A DNA stretch of 64,000 nt from Giardia intestinalis. Its lineage: Eukaryota. A program made the position numbers and the translations under genes. Below, piece after piece: positions 30,244-39,761 of this stretch (the stretch's first letter is position 1; every line of letters starts with the position of its first letter). The DNA is taken from assembly GCA_000002435.2 (NCBI GenBank), contig CM018790.1; one strand, 5' to 3'. Under the pieces are notes generated by a model. It saw only the letters and a program-made list of their open reading frames with translations. It was not told the DNA's origin and made no database searches.

Positions 30244-33045
30244 ATGTCTGCTTTGGATTTGTGGCGTTCTCAGACAATGAGGCTTGTTGCATTCACAGTC
30301 TCACGCGAGATAGCCCCGTCCGTTGTTGAGGAGATGATGGCTCTGGGATGTATGCACTTTGTTGATGCATGCTCGGACGTTTCTTTTTTTGATAGAGCCT
30401 ATACAGCTAACATTATGCAGCTGGCCACAACTGAGTCTAAACTCGACTACATCCGTGATCAATTCATCGCTCTTGAGATTCCCCTTCCAGAACAAGAAGA
30501 CAGGGTAGAGCTCATGCCGCTTGGAAACTTGGATGCAGAGCTAACAGCAACAATGAAGACTGTCAAGACTTTGTTGGATGAGTACCAGCAGCACTTAGCG
30601 GACCTCTCTGCAAATCTGACCTATAGCCAGGTCCTCGACATCGTCCGCAGAGAGTCTGCGTCTTCTGCGCAGAATAAGATGCTCAGAGACGTTTTAAGCG
30701 AAAATACTCATCTCATTGGTTCTTCACCGGATGACGAAGCCCAGGAGACAGACACAAGTGCTAACCTCTACTTTCTCGCATGCACTGTACCAGACAGTGT
30801 CACGCCCATGCTCCAGCGCCTTGCAACGCGAGCTACTCTTTCCAATTGCATGATAGAAGTGGTGGGAAAGATATCTACGCCAGATCTGGCGGCTCTTATT
30901 GGGGCCGATCAATCACCATCCAAGCCAGCATCCCCGAAGAAGGCAAAGCATAAGGCTGCAAAGGATCAGCAGGAGTATGACGTCGTGTTTGTGTATACGC
31001 CCGGCGTACAGCTGCAAAGCAAGGTGGGGTCTATCGTCACGTCTCTTTCTGGTACAATTCACATCTCTCAGGGTGTTCAAGGAGGGGGTGCGGTAGACAG
31101 TGTGCAGAGCCTCGATAGTGACGTTTCGAGAGTTCAGCAATCTATCGAAGATCATCGGACACTTCTACGCCTTTCAAAGCAGCGCATCACGACTATCTTA
31201 AACCAACTGGGTGCACAGCTCGAGGCCTACTACCGCCTAATACTGAAAGAGAAGGAGGTCATGGGTGTGCTGAACAAGCTGAGACCCTCCCTCGCCGATG
31301 CAAAAATATTAACAGGGATTGCTTGGATTCCTGAGCAAACCTTCTCGGACGTTACGCAAATTGTCGAGGCCTGCAATGAGCGCTATAAGGGCATGCTTCC
31401 CAGCTTTATAAAAGATCTGAATGCACTGAGTAAGACCAGGAAGAACGGGACATCCGTACTCATTAACACGGACGATCTTAGGCCAGCCACAGTAGATGCA
31501 TTGCATCATTCACCAAAGGAGCATCTGAGACAGCCACCGACATATTTTAAGACAGGAAAGTTCACAAAGGTGTTTCAGAACATTATTGAATCTTATGGCA
31601 TCCCCTCATACAAGGAGATCAACCCTGCCTTCTTCTACCTTTACCAGTTCCCCTTCACCTTTGCAGTGATGTATGGCGACATCGGGCATGGCATAATCTT
31701 AACTATTGTCTCTGCCCTCATGGTTGGCTATGAGAGGAGGTTGGGCAAGGTAAAAAATGATATGGTCAGTCTGATCTTTGCAGGCAGGTATATTATTCTG
31801 CTCATGAGCATCTTCAGCATCTTCACCGGCCTCATCTACAATGACATGTTTGCCCTGGCCTATGATTTTTTCCACAGCAGATACACCTTTAACCGATCTT
31901 CTACAACCCCAAATCTCTTCGAGAGTACGTATGATACCACCAAGTATTCATCTCCGGTCTATGCCTTTGGGATAGACCCGGCCTGGAGATGGAGTGACAA
32001 CTCCATGATGTTTATCAACTCCTACAAAATGAAGATGGCTGTTATAATCGGTATTCTTCAAATGATCTTTGGTATAGTTCTAAAGCTGCTTAACGTTATC
32101 TATTCACGAGACATTGTCGGGCTCCTCACTTGCTGGATCCCCGAATTTCTCTTTATGACGTGCTTCTTTGGTTACATGGTCTTTTGTATTATCTACAAGT
32201 GGCTTAATGAGTGGCCAGAGGGAAGCAATCCTCCTGCCCTGACAAGCCTACTCATCCAAATGTTTTTAAGTCCAGGGAGCATAAGTCCGGAGAGCTACTT
32301 ATTCAACAATATTCCCCTTCAGACCAATCTTCAGCTGGCTCTTTTCGCTATTTGCATAATTTCTGTCTTGTGGCTAGCCGTGGCCAAGCCGGTATATGAG
32401 GTTGTTCAATTGAAGAAGGCAGCCAAGAAGGGGCTTGCTCATGGAGTTCCCATTTTCTCTGGTCAGGCAGCATCGCATGAAGCGGCTCCAATCACATCTG
32501 AGGCAGATTTGGCCAAGGCAGATACAGATGATGCTCAGACAGATAAGACGAACTTACTCGTGAGTGACGGTAAAGATGCACAAGGTCGTGGCAGCTCACG
32601 AAAGGCGGACCAAGATGACGATGACGAAGCCCATGGAGTGGGTGACATAGTCGTTCACCAAGTGATACACACAATCGAGTATGTTCTGGGAGCCATTTCT
32701 CATACTGCCTCTTACCTACGTCTGTGGGCCTTGTCCCTAGCACACGCACAGCTTTCAGAGGTCTTCTATGAGCAATTGTTTACTCTCTCGTACGGTTTTT
32801 CTGTTTCCGAGAACAAGTGGCTCAGCGGGGTTGTTCAGGGGGTCTCCTTCTTTGTGACGTACTCTGCTTGGTTCGGAGTCACCATAGGCGTCATCATTCT
32901 CATGGAGGCCTTGTCAGCTTTTCTCCATGGCCTCCGTCTTGCCTGGATAGAGTTCAACAGCAAGTTCTATCAGGCTGAAGGATACATATTCGAACCTCTG
33001 GCTCCGGTGGAGTACACTCTTTCTCTAGAGAAGCAGGACGAATAA
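30244..33045 (+). CDS. V-type H+-ATPase V0 subunit a (116-kDa subunit)
   Basis: N-terminus MSALDLWRSQTMRLVAF aligns with MGSLFRSEEMTLVQLF. YKEINPAFFYLYQFPFTFAVMYGDIGHG hairpin motif. C-terminal LRLWALSLAHAQLSEV with the essential Arg. Six or more TM helices. Confidence 0.9.
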   Translation: MSALDLWRSQTMRLVAFTVSREIAPSVVEEMMALGCMHFVDACSDVSFFDRAYTANIMQLATTESKLDYIRDQFIALEIPLPEQEDRVELMPLGNLDAELTATMKTVKTLLDEYQQHLADLSANLTYSQVLDIVRRESASSAQNKMLRDVLSENTHLIGSSPDDEAQETDTSANLYFLACTVPDSVTPMLQRLATRATLSNCMIEVVGKISTPDLAALIGADQSPSKPASPKKAKHKAAKDQQEYDVVFVYTPGVQLQSKVGSIVTSLSGTIHISQGVQGGGAVDSVQSLDSDVSRVQQSIEDHRTLLRLSKQRITTILNQLGAQLEAYYRLILKEKEVMGVLNKLRPSLADAKILTGIAWIPEQTFSDVTQIVEACNERYKGMLPSFIKDLNALSKTRKNGTSVLINTDDLRPATVDALHHSPKEHLRQPPTYFKTGKFTKVFQNIIESYGIPSYKEINPAFFYLYQFPFTFAVMYGDIGHGIILTIVSALMVGYERRLGKVKNDMVSLIFAGRYIILLMSIFSIFTGLIYNDMFALAYDFFHSRYTFNRSSTTPNLFESTYDTTKYSSPVYAFGIDPAWRWSDNSMMFINSYKMKMAVIIGILQMIFGIVLKLLNVIYSRDIVGLLTCWIPEFLFMTCFFGYMVFCIIYKWLNEWPEGSNPPALTSLLIQMFLSPGSISPESYLFNNIPLQTNLQLALFAICIISVLWLAVAKPVYEVVQLKKAAKKGLAHGVPIFSGQAASHEAAPITSEADLAKADTDDAQTDKTNLLVSDGKDAQGRGSSRKADQDDDDEAHGVGDIVVHQVIHTIEYVLGAISHTASYLRLWALSLAHAQLSEVFYEQLFTLSYGFSVSENKWLSGVVQGVSFFVTYSAWFGVTIGVIILMEALSAFLHGLRLAWIEFNSKFYQAEGYIFEPLAPVEYTLSLEKQDE

Positions 33046-33051
33046 GTGAAT
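33045..33051 (+). promoter_or_regulatory. polyadenylation signal AGTGAAT overlapping the TAA stop of V-ATPase a
   Basis: TAAGTGAAT; AGTRAAY with R=G and Y=T. Confidence 0.5.
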
Positions 33052-33091
33052 TCCAGGTTGATCTTGTGCGATTATTATCTTTGCTAAATTA

Positions 33092-33661
33092 ATTTTGTCA
33101 AAAATGTGGGGTTTAAACTTTTTTATTATGGCCGTACAGCGCCAAGTATTTCTCGATGAGCCTACCACGGGACTCGACCCTGTGACAAAGCGTGCAGTTT
33201 GGCGAACAATCGAAGAGGCCAAACAGGGCAAGACCATCATCTTAACAACGCATAGTATGGAGGAAGCTGACAGCCTTGCACAGTACATCGCAATCATGGC
33301 GGCTGGTCAGCTTCGATGCATTGGAACCAAGGAACGGTTGAAGGCTCGATTTGGCTCTGGCTACAGAGTCCAGATCATTCACGTCACAGAGTCAGTTGGC
33401 CGCGTCGACGCACTTCTTGTCTGCTCAGCACCTTATATCCGTCTTGAAAAGAGGGAGCATATCCCCAATGACAAAACGCACACTCGATCCTTCTACGTTG
33501 TTCCTCAAGGGCATCCAATCTCGTACCTCTATAAAGCCCTATATAGAGAGAAGTCCAGCGGGTCTGGACTAATAAAAGAGTTTGGAGTCTCATTCACAGG
33601 CCTCGAGGAGGTGTTTTTGACCATTGCACACATGGTAGAGCCGCCGCCAGAAGGAGTATAG
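33092..33661 (+). pseudogene. ABC transporter (ABCA-like) nucleotide-binding-domain fragment; starts at Walker B and lacks Walker A, Q-loop and signature motif
   Basis: The frame opens 47 nt after the V-ATPase stop. The ORF-track 'start' is TTG and the first ATG is at 33104. The frame reads immediately FIMAVQRQVFLDEPTTGLDPVTKRAVWRTIEEAKQGKTIILTTHSMEEADSLAQYIAIMAAGQLRCIGT…, which aligns with ABCA1 NBD from …VVILDEPTAGVDPYSRR…GRTIILSTHHMDEAD…RIAIISHGKLCCVGS. There is no upstream room for the rest of an NBD or for a TMD. Confidence 0.55.
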
Positions 33662-33673
33662 ATACTTTGGATG

Positions 33674-35815
33674 TTATACCGTCATCTCTATCCAAGCAGG
33701 GTTTATCTCCGAGACTGTGCGCATATATGCAAACGAAGTTATCACTATTTCATTATAGAGAACAAAGTTAGGGTTCTGTTTGAGGCATGAAGCAGGGTGG
33801 ATTCTACACTCTCCTGATGACCCCTCGTACGTTCTGTGATCATTACTTAGCTTTGCAACGTTAGAGATATATCCCTTTAATATACAAAAGATCACCTTAT
33901 CCTCGTCGTCCATCTCTGTATATAGACCACAAGGAGGACTCTCAGTCTCGGCTCCCGCCCCCTTTCGGGAAGCCTTACAGTATGAGTTATAGATGTCAAT
34001 GAGCTGCCGATATACATTCTTTGCATATTCTAAGCTTTTATATGAAAGGTAGTACTTGGTGCACCATGCACGCTTGTTCTCAGACTCTTCACAGTATGCC
34101 TTCCAGATATTCAGTAAAGTGATGTGGTCACCCTTCAGAGAATAAAATTGGGTTCTGGCCAGTGCGCTCTGGTCCCGTGTCTCTATGTCCACAGATGATA
34201 CAAAGACCCCGTCACACGACAAGAGAGCTACAACTCCTACCACATCCTTTACTATCTTCTTCCCGAACTTGTGTGCAGTCAAAATCGATATTGCCAGCTC
34301 TGGATCGGTAGGGAACCGGACAACCTCCCTCCCCAAAGGCGATAGGATGAGCTGAGGCTCCATCTGCGACTGATTGTCAACACCATCTTCTGTCTTCTTT
34401 ATCTGGATGCACCCCATGCGAGAAAGCTTAACTATGGCTGCCTTTTTCGCTTGGCGCGGAGGGTCAGTAATAAATTCATATGTCACAGGATTTGTTATGC
34501 CAAACGCAATAATGGTTAAGAACACAGGCATGAGATCTGTCAGCATAATCTCGGGCACATCTTGAGGCTCTAAATTTGCATATGTTTCATGGGTGTAAAT
34601 GTGGTAGCATTCTCCCTCCATTAAACGGCCCGCCCTACCCGACCGCTGAAGTATCGACGCCTGTGAGCAGGGAAGGGTTATTAGCTCCGATGTGCCCGTT
34701 GTATGATGAAACTGCTTTTTTCGCACAAACCCGCAATCCACGACATAGCGGATATTAGGCACGGTAATACTGGTTTCTGCTATATTTGTGGCGACAATTA
34801 CTCGCCGCACATTCTCGGCTGCTGATGAGAAAACCCTCATCTGCTCTGTGGTTGGGAGATTGGCATAGAAAGGCAAAACTTCTATTAGTGATGCCTCACC
34901 AGGAAGTTGAACAGTGAACCCACCTGCAGGCTTTATGGCGTCTCTGTTGGAAAATAGAGGTCCTAAAGACAACCGGTCATCATCTTCAAGGCTCTCATTA
35001 TCGTCAATACAATTTGGCCTGTTATCATCAGCACCTTCAGGCTCATACAATACACCAAACTTAGCACAGTGATTCCTGATTGCAGCAACAACATTTCTGA
35101 TCTCTAGCTCACCTGGCATGAAAACTAAGATGTCTCCGCTTTTGCAGTCCTTACAGATCTGAAGCACAGCTGAGACACACGCTTCCTGATAGCTCTTAAC
35201 AGCTTCTAGAGTGAAGTAGTGCTTAATAGGATACTGTCTTCCTTTGATGGATAGGATGGCATTTGCTGCGTGTGCTCCAAAGTAACGAACAAAGCTGGCC
35301 GCAGCGATAGTGGCAGACATGACCACCACTCGCAACTTCGGGTTTTTATCGAGCGCTGTCTTAAGAAATCCAAACAGAAGGTCGGTGCTCACGCTTCGTT
35401 CATGAGCTTCATCTACTATGACAATACTGTCAGAGTGAAAGAGTGGATCAAGTAGCGCTTCTCTAATGACTACACCATCTGTTGCATACCGTATTCTGGT
35501 TGACTTGGAAACTTTTGCGTCAAATCGAACGCTGTATCCAACCTCCTGACCCAGAGACGCGCCTCTCTCTTGTGCTACACGCAGTGCAAGTGATATAGCC
35601 GCAACCCGACGGGGCTGTGTTACTGTTATTCTTTTGATTGATGCATTAGCGTCAATAAGGTATTGGGGAAGCTGAGTGCTCTTTCCACTGCCCGTTGAAC
35701 CCACAACAACCACAACGCGCTGTGGAGAGTGTAGGATAGAATCAATTAACTGTTTCTTAATGGGATATATGGGAAGGGCGCGCTGTTCGCTCTGTATTGT
35801 GGATTGAGAAGGCAT
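33674..35815 (-). CDS. DEAH-box ATP-dependent RNA helicase (DHX family, Prp43/DHX15- or DHX35-like)
   Basis: GSTGSGKSTQLPQYL (motif I), TQPRRVAA (Ia), DEAHERS (II), SAT (III), FMPG, TNIAETSITV (V), QRSGRAGR (VI). C-terminal winged-helix/OB region. Confidence 0.9.
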   Translation of the reverse strand: MPSQSTIQSEQRALPIYPIKKQLIDSILHSPQRVVVVVGSTGSGKSTQLPQYLIDANASIKRITVTQPRRVAAISLALRVAQERGASLGQEVGYSVRFDAKVSKSTRIRYATDGVVIREALLDPLFHSDSIVIVDEAHERSVSTDLLFGFLKTALDKNPKLRVVVMSATIAAASFVRYFGAHAANAILSIKGRQYPIKHYFTLEAVKSYQEACVSAVLQICKDCKSGDILVFMPGELEIRNVVAAIRNHCAKFGVLYEPEGADDNRPNCIDDNESLEDDDRLSLGPLFSNRDAIKPAGGFTVQLPGEASLIEVLPFYANLPTTEQMRVFSSAAENVRRVIVATNIAETSITVPNIRYVVDCGFVRKKQFHHTTGTSELITLPCSQASILQRSGRAGRLMEGECYHIYTHETYANLEPQDVPEIMLTDLMPVFLTIIAFGITNPVTYEFITDPPRQAKKAAIVKLSRMGCIQIKKTEDGVDNQSQMEPQLILSPLGREVVRFPTDPELAISILTAHKFGKKIVKDVVGVVALLSCDGVFVSSVDIETRDQSALARTQFYSLKGDHITLLNIWKAYCEESENKRAWCTKYYLSYKSLEYAKNVYRQLIDIYNSYCKASRKGAGAETESPPCGLYTEMDDEDKVIFCILKGYISNVAKLSNDHRTYEGSSGECRIHPASCLKQNPNFVLYNEIVITSFAYMRTVSEINPAWIEMTV

Positions 35816-35859
35816 CTTTTATTTTTAAATAAACTTTACTCTCCAAGGGATTTACTCTT

Positions 35860-36900
35860 CTTCATCAAGGTCGGCTTGCTAGCTCCTGTCCGAGTAAACC
35901 CGTCCAGGATCCGAAGCTCGGATGCCGCCCACTCTGGAGAAGAGCCTTGTGCCTCCTCGCCCGGGGAGCCGTTGGGTGCCCCACTATGCGCTCTGGGGCG
36001 TCTCTCCTCTCTGACTGGCTTGGGTCAACCATCGTCTGACATCTAGTGAGCACCCGCTGTCTCGGGCCTTGCGTCAGTCGTGGCGATCCAGTCTCGAGAG
36101 CAGTTAACTCTGGCCATGTACTCTGGAGTAGCTTTGTGGCCCTGGTGCTCTACGACGAGGATCGCACGCCACGACTTCGGGTGTCTACCCCGTTCCTCGG
36201 GTGCCTCTTTGTCTCCCCATGACGTGGATCATCGACCCTATTGTCGGAGGTGCGCTCCCCATACGCCTCCATCTTGGAGTCATAGTACGCGTTCGTGGAT
36301 GCCGATGGAGTACTCCTATGCGTTGTGTCGGGGGAGAAGTATGGCCCTCTGCTCATGGATCGCAGGGCGCTCTTGCAGGTGGTCAGTCACTCAGCACGAG
36401 ATCATGTCAGCGCTCACCCTGTGCAGTGCGTCTGGCTCGGTGACGTGTGGGCTGGTCCATCTGCACAGCACACTTGGGTGATGCTTCGGTCTGTCGAGGC
36501 GTCGTCCAAAGCATCAGAAGCGGTCAGGACCGGTTCATCGAGGTCGTCTCTCTACAACCGGCACCCGTCTACTCGAGGGTGTCAGGCACTGCCAGCTGCT
36601 GCGGCAGACGCCTGGCGGGTGGCCCAGGTCACCGCTCTCCGGTGTGGGCAGGATCAGTCCGCCTCTGCCAACCAGACACCCCAGGGGCCCCATCTCTTGT
36701 CGAGGGACTCACATAGGCCACGTGTGGGTCCATCCTGGCCAGTGGGCAGTGATTGGTGCCATCACTGGCTCCAGGCCCTCCGTTGCCCCCTCTATCGCCT
36801 CGGGGAAGGAGGCATAAATCTTCCCCGTCAGAAGCAGACGGCATCCGACTTCGGACTTCGGATTCTGGGTCTCAGCTGGTGAACAAGCAAGGGGCTTGCC
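35860..36900. other. GC-rich (estimated >60% GC) segment of about 1.0 kb with no ORF longer than ~200 codons in any of six frames
   Basis: Only short ORFs rich in R/S/P/W/C in mixed frames (35804-36046, 36080-36481, 36295-36882). The segment sits in the 1.4-kb gap between the DEAH helicase start (35815) and the HCMP start (37251). The 3' 300 bp (36900-37250) are AT-rich and promoter-like. Confidence 0.4.
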
Positions 36901-37250
36901 TGGTATAATAACCCGCATGGGGATTTGCTCGGATTAACTTCCGATATTCCTTAAAATGAAGACGGTACTCGGCAAAACCTCAAGTAGTCTATCTTACATG
37001 ATATCACGAACTTGATAAGAAGACATGAGGGCGGCATAATTAGCCGGTAGATCGACACTAGAAAAAAGAATACCTACTATCCTTACTTCAGAGCAAAACG
37101 ATACCAAGTTAATTGGCTTAAAGTGCAAGACACAAACATGAACGGCGACTCATGAAAAACCACACATTGGGTCAATAGTTGGTGGATTTTTTCATCAAGA
37201 CAAGTAAACAGTGAAGAAAATTGAAAGCTTATTTATTGAGAAATCTCACA

Positions 37251-39761
37251 ATGACTCTTGTCGTCTCTCTTCTTCTTTTGTACGGTATTTTCTCAGAATG
37301 CGCCCAGAACAGTGACTGCGGGGGTGCGACCGGCGTCTGCAACGTCACGATCGGCGGCAAGAAGTACTGCTCCAAGTGCGACGGAGCACGGGTCCCCGTC
37401 AACGGAGACTGCAGGCTGCTGAGCCTCTCGCGGAGCATATGCATAGTTCCTACAGATAGCACCCCCACTCCAGGCTCCTGCTCGGGCTGCATCCGTGACT
37501 TCCTCTTCTACAGGGGCGGGTGCTACCGCACGGCATCCCTGATCAACGCCATATGCAAGGAGAAGCACATCGTCGAGGAGGGGATGTACTGCGGGGCGTG
37601 CGCCATCGAGGGCGACGTCCCGATCGACGGGGTGTGCGTAGCAGCAAGCGCAGATAGCTCTGGAAACACGTGTGACAAGGGCGTGTGCACGACATGTGGC
37701 AACGGATACTTCTTCCACTACGGGTCGTGCTACAAGTTCGGAGGGTCCCCGGGTGCCAACATTTGCTCTGACAGTACTAGCACTACTGGCTCTGTCTGTG
37801 GCTCTTGCGGGTCGAAGTTTGTCAAGAACCCTAGTGCGGGCCCATCTGCCACCTCCTGCTTCGCGTGCTACGGCCTGGACGGGACCCTCTTCTGCGAGCG
37901 CTGCCGGATGAACGTGCTCACGAGCACAGATGTGAAGCCCACCCTCTGTACGAAATGTAAGTCGGGGCACATCCCCCTCGATGGACGATGCATCTCCGCC
38001 TTCTCTGCTGCTTCTGCACTCGCCGGCTGCTCCACCTACAAAGGTTCAGACAATGCCATGGGACTTTGCGAAACGTGCTCCTCCGGCTACATGCTCTTCT
38101 ACGGGAGCTGCTACTCTGTCAACGGCCCCCTCGCCCAGGCCATCTGCAAGACCGAGAACCAGATCTACCTCGGGGGAAGAGTCTTCTGCAAGCAGTGCGC
38201 CCAGACAGACCACTACCCCATCAACGGCTTATGCATTGCTGATAAGGGATCACATACGTGCGAGGCGGGCATCTGCACAGCATGCGACACCAGCACAACC
38301 CCCGTCGACAACTCCAAGGTTTTCCCGTTCTATAACGGCTGCTATGATGCAAACTCTGCAATCGGAAAGCTAATATGCCAGGAGGCGTCTAATGGAGCGT
38401 GCTCAACTTGCAATACAAACGAGACATCGAATATAATAGCTAATCCTAATTCTGCAGATGGCCAACCAAAATGTCTTGGATGTTGGGACGAGGCAGCTAC
38501 TGGGGTGGCCAACTGCGGAGGGTGTGCGACCGGCACAGACGGCGATTCCAAGATCGTCTGTAGCAAGTGCACCGACTCGACGGAACCCAAAGACAACACG
38601 TGCCCTCAGGCCCTCCCGCCCACAACGCCTGAAGGATGCGCCGTCCAGGGCTGCCAGGCGTGCTCGAAGGACTCTGCCACGACGTGCGACACTTGCTTCT
38701 CTCCACTTGTCATGAAGGAGGACAAGACGAAGTGCTTCGGGAGCTGCCTTGCGCTGGGTCTTGGCTACTACAACGACGCCGGTGTGTGTAGGCCATGCAC
38801 CAGCAAGTGCCTCACGTGCACAGACGGGACCACATGCACCCAATGCGCCGAAGGGTACTATCTCGAGGTGTCGGGCGCCGGCTCAACGACGGGGACCTGC
38901 AAGGCGTGTGCCGCTGGGTGCTCGACGTGTACTGGTGCTGGTGATAGCCTCTGCTCCACGTGCGTCACAGGGTACTACGCCGCATTCAACGTTAGGCAGG
39001 GAGGACCCGGAAAGTGCGTTCAATGCAGCGTCTCTGAGGACGGGTACACTGGCGTTGAGCATTGTGCAGCCTGCTACAGCACTACAGGGCAGACAACTGG
39101 TGCCAAGAATGTGGTCTGTGAGAGCTGCGAGGACGGGTACCTTAAAGAACATGTCGATAACAAGGTCGTCTGCAACCCACCAGCCCCGAAGTGCACGGTT
39201 CCGTTGTGCGCCATATGTGTCGAAAACGACGCGATGAGGTGCGAGCACTGCACGACCGGCGCGTACCTCTGCCCGCGGACGGCGGCGTGCACGAAGGACT
39301 GCGCCAGCTGCGGCGGCTCGATGTACCCCGACGAGGACCTCGGGGAGTGCCAGCCGTGCGACATCACAAACTGCCTGGTCTGCGCGACGGGGCTCAAGTG
39401 CGAGAGCTGCGCGGAGAACGCCGTCCCCATCTCCCCGGACGTCTACCATACGGCGTGCATGGGCTGCAGCGACACCGGGGGCATGGACGGCTGGGTGGGC
39501 CTCGCGGGGTGCACGACCTGCGAGCTGACCGACAAGGGCGGCGGGAGCGTCAACTGCCTCGACCCTGGCTACTACCGGCGGGGCGGGCTCGGCGGGGGAG
39601 CAATCGCCGCCATCGTCATCGTCGTCCTCCTCGTCCTGGCCGTCGCCGGCTTCCTCGTCTGGTGGTTCGTCTTCAGGAGGGGCGGCCGGCCCAAGCGCGG
39701 GGCGAAGTACACATCGCTCATGCGGGGCGAGTCCTACGACTACCGCCAGTCCCTAATATGA
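37251..39761 (+). CDS. high-cysteine membrane protein (HCMP), VSP-like type I membrane protein
   Basis: The ORF-track start is TTG; the first ATG at 37251 gives a signal peptide MTLVVSLLLLYGIFSECA. Dozens of CxxC motifs and GGCY modules. Single C-terminal TM (AIAAIVIVVLLVLAVAGFLVWWFVF). The cytoplasmic tail RRGGRPKRGAKYTSLMRGESYDYRQSLI lacks the VSP-invariant CRGKA, so this is an HCMP, not a VSP. Confidence 0.85.
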   Translation: MTLVVSLLLLYGIFSECAQNSDCGGATGVCNVTIGGKKYCSKCDGARVPVNGDCRLLSLSRSICIVPTDSTPTPGSCSGCIRDFLFYRGGCYRTASLINAICKEKHIVEEGMYCGACAIEGDVPIDGVCVAASADSSGNTCDKGVCTTCGNGYFFHYGSCYKFGGSPGANICSDSTSTTGSVCGSCGSKFVKNPSAGPSATSCFACYGLDGTLFCERCRMNVLTSTDVKPTLCTKCKSGHIPLDGRCISAFSAASALAGCSTYKGSDNAMGLCETCSSGYMLFYGSCYSVNGPLAQAICKTENQIYLGGRVFCKQCAQTDHYPINGLCIADKGSHTCEAGICTACDTSTTPVDNSKVFPFYNGCYDANSAIGKLICQEASNGACSTCNTNETSNIIANPNSADGQPKCLGCWDEAATGVANCGGCATGTDGDSKIVCSKCTDSTEPKDNTCPQALPPTTPEGCAVQGCQACSKDSATTCDTCFSPLVMKEDKTKCFGSCLALGLGYYNDAGVCRPCTSKCLTCTDGTTCTQCAEGYYLEVSGAGSTTGTCKACAAGCSTCTGAGDSLCSTCVTGYYAAFNVRQGGPGKCVQCSVSEDGYTGVEHCAACYSTTGQTTGAKNVVCESCEDGYLKEHVDNKVVCNPPAPKCTVPLCAICVENDAMRCEHCTTGAYLCPRTAACTKDCASCGGSMYPDEDLGECQPCDITNCLVCATGLKCESCAENAVPISPDVYHTACMGCSDTGGMDGWVGLAGCTTCELTDKGGGSVNCLDPGYYRRGGLGGGAIAAIVIVVLLVLAVAGFLVWWFVFRRGGRPKRGAKYTSLMRGESYDYRQSLI

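Noticed and set aside
35860-36900. The GC-rich island as a possible rDNA or subtelomeric rRNA fragment.
   Set aside because: It has no similarity to the characteristic Giardia SSU 5' end (CATCCGGTCGATCCTGCCGG…) and no G-tract structure typical of the rDNA; GC is lower than the ~75% of rDNA.
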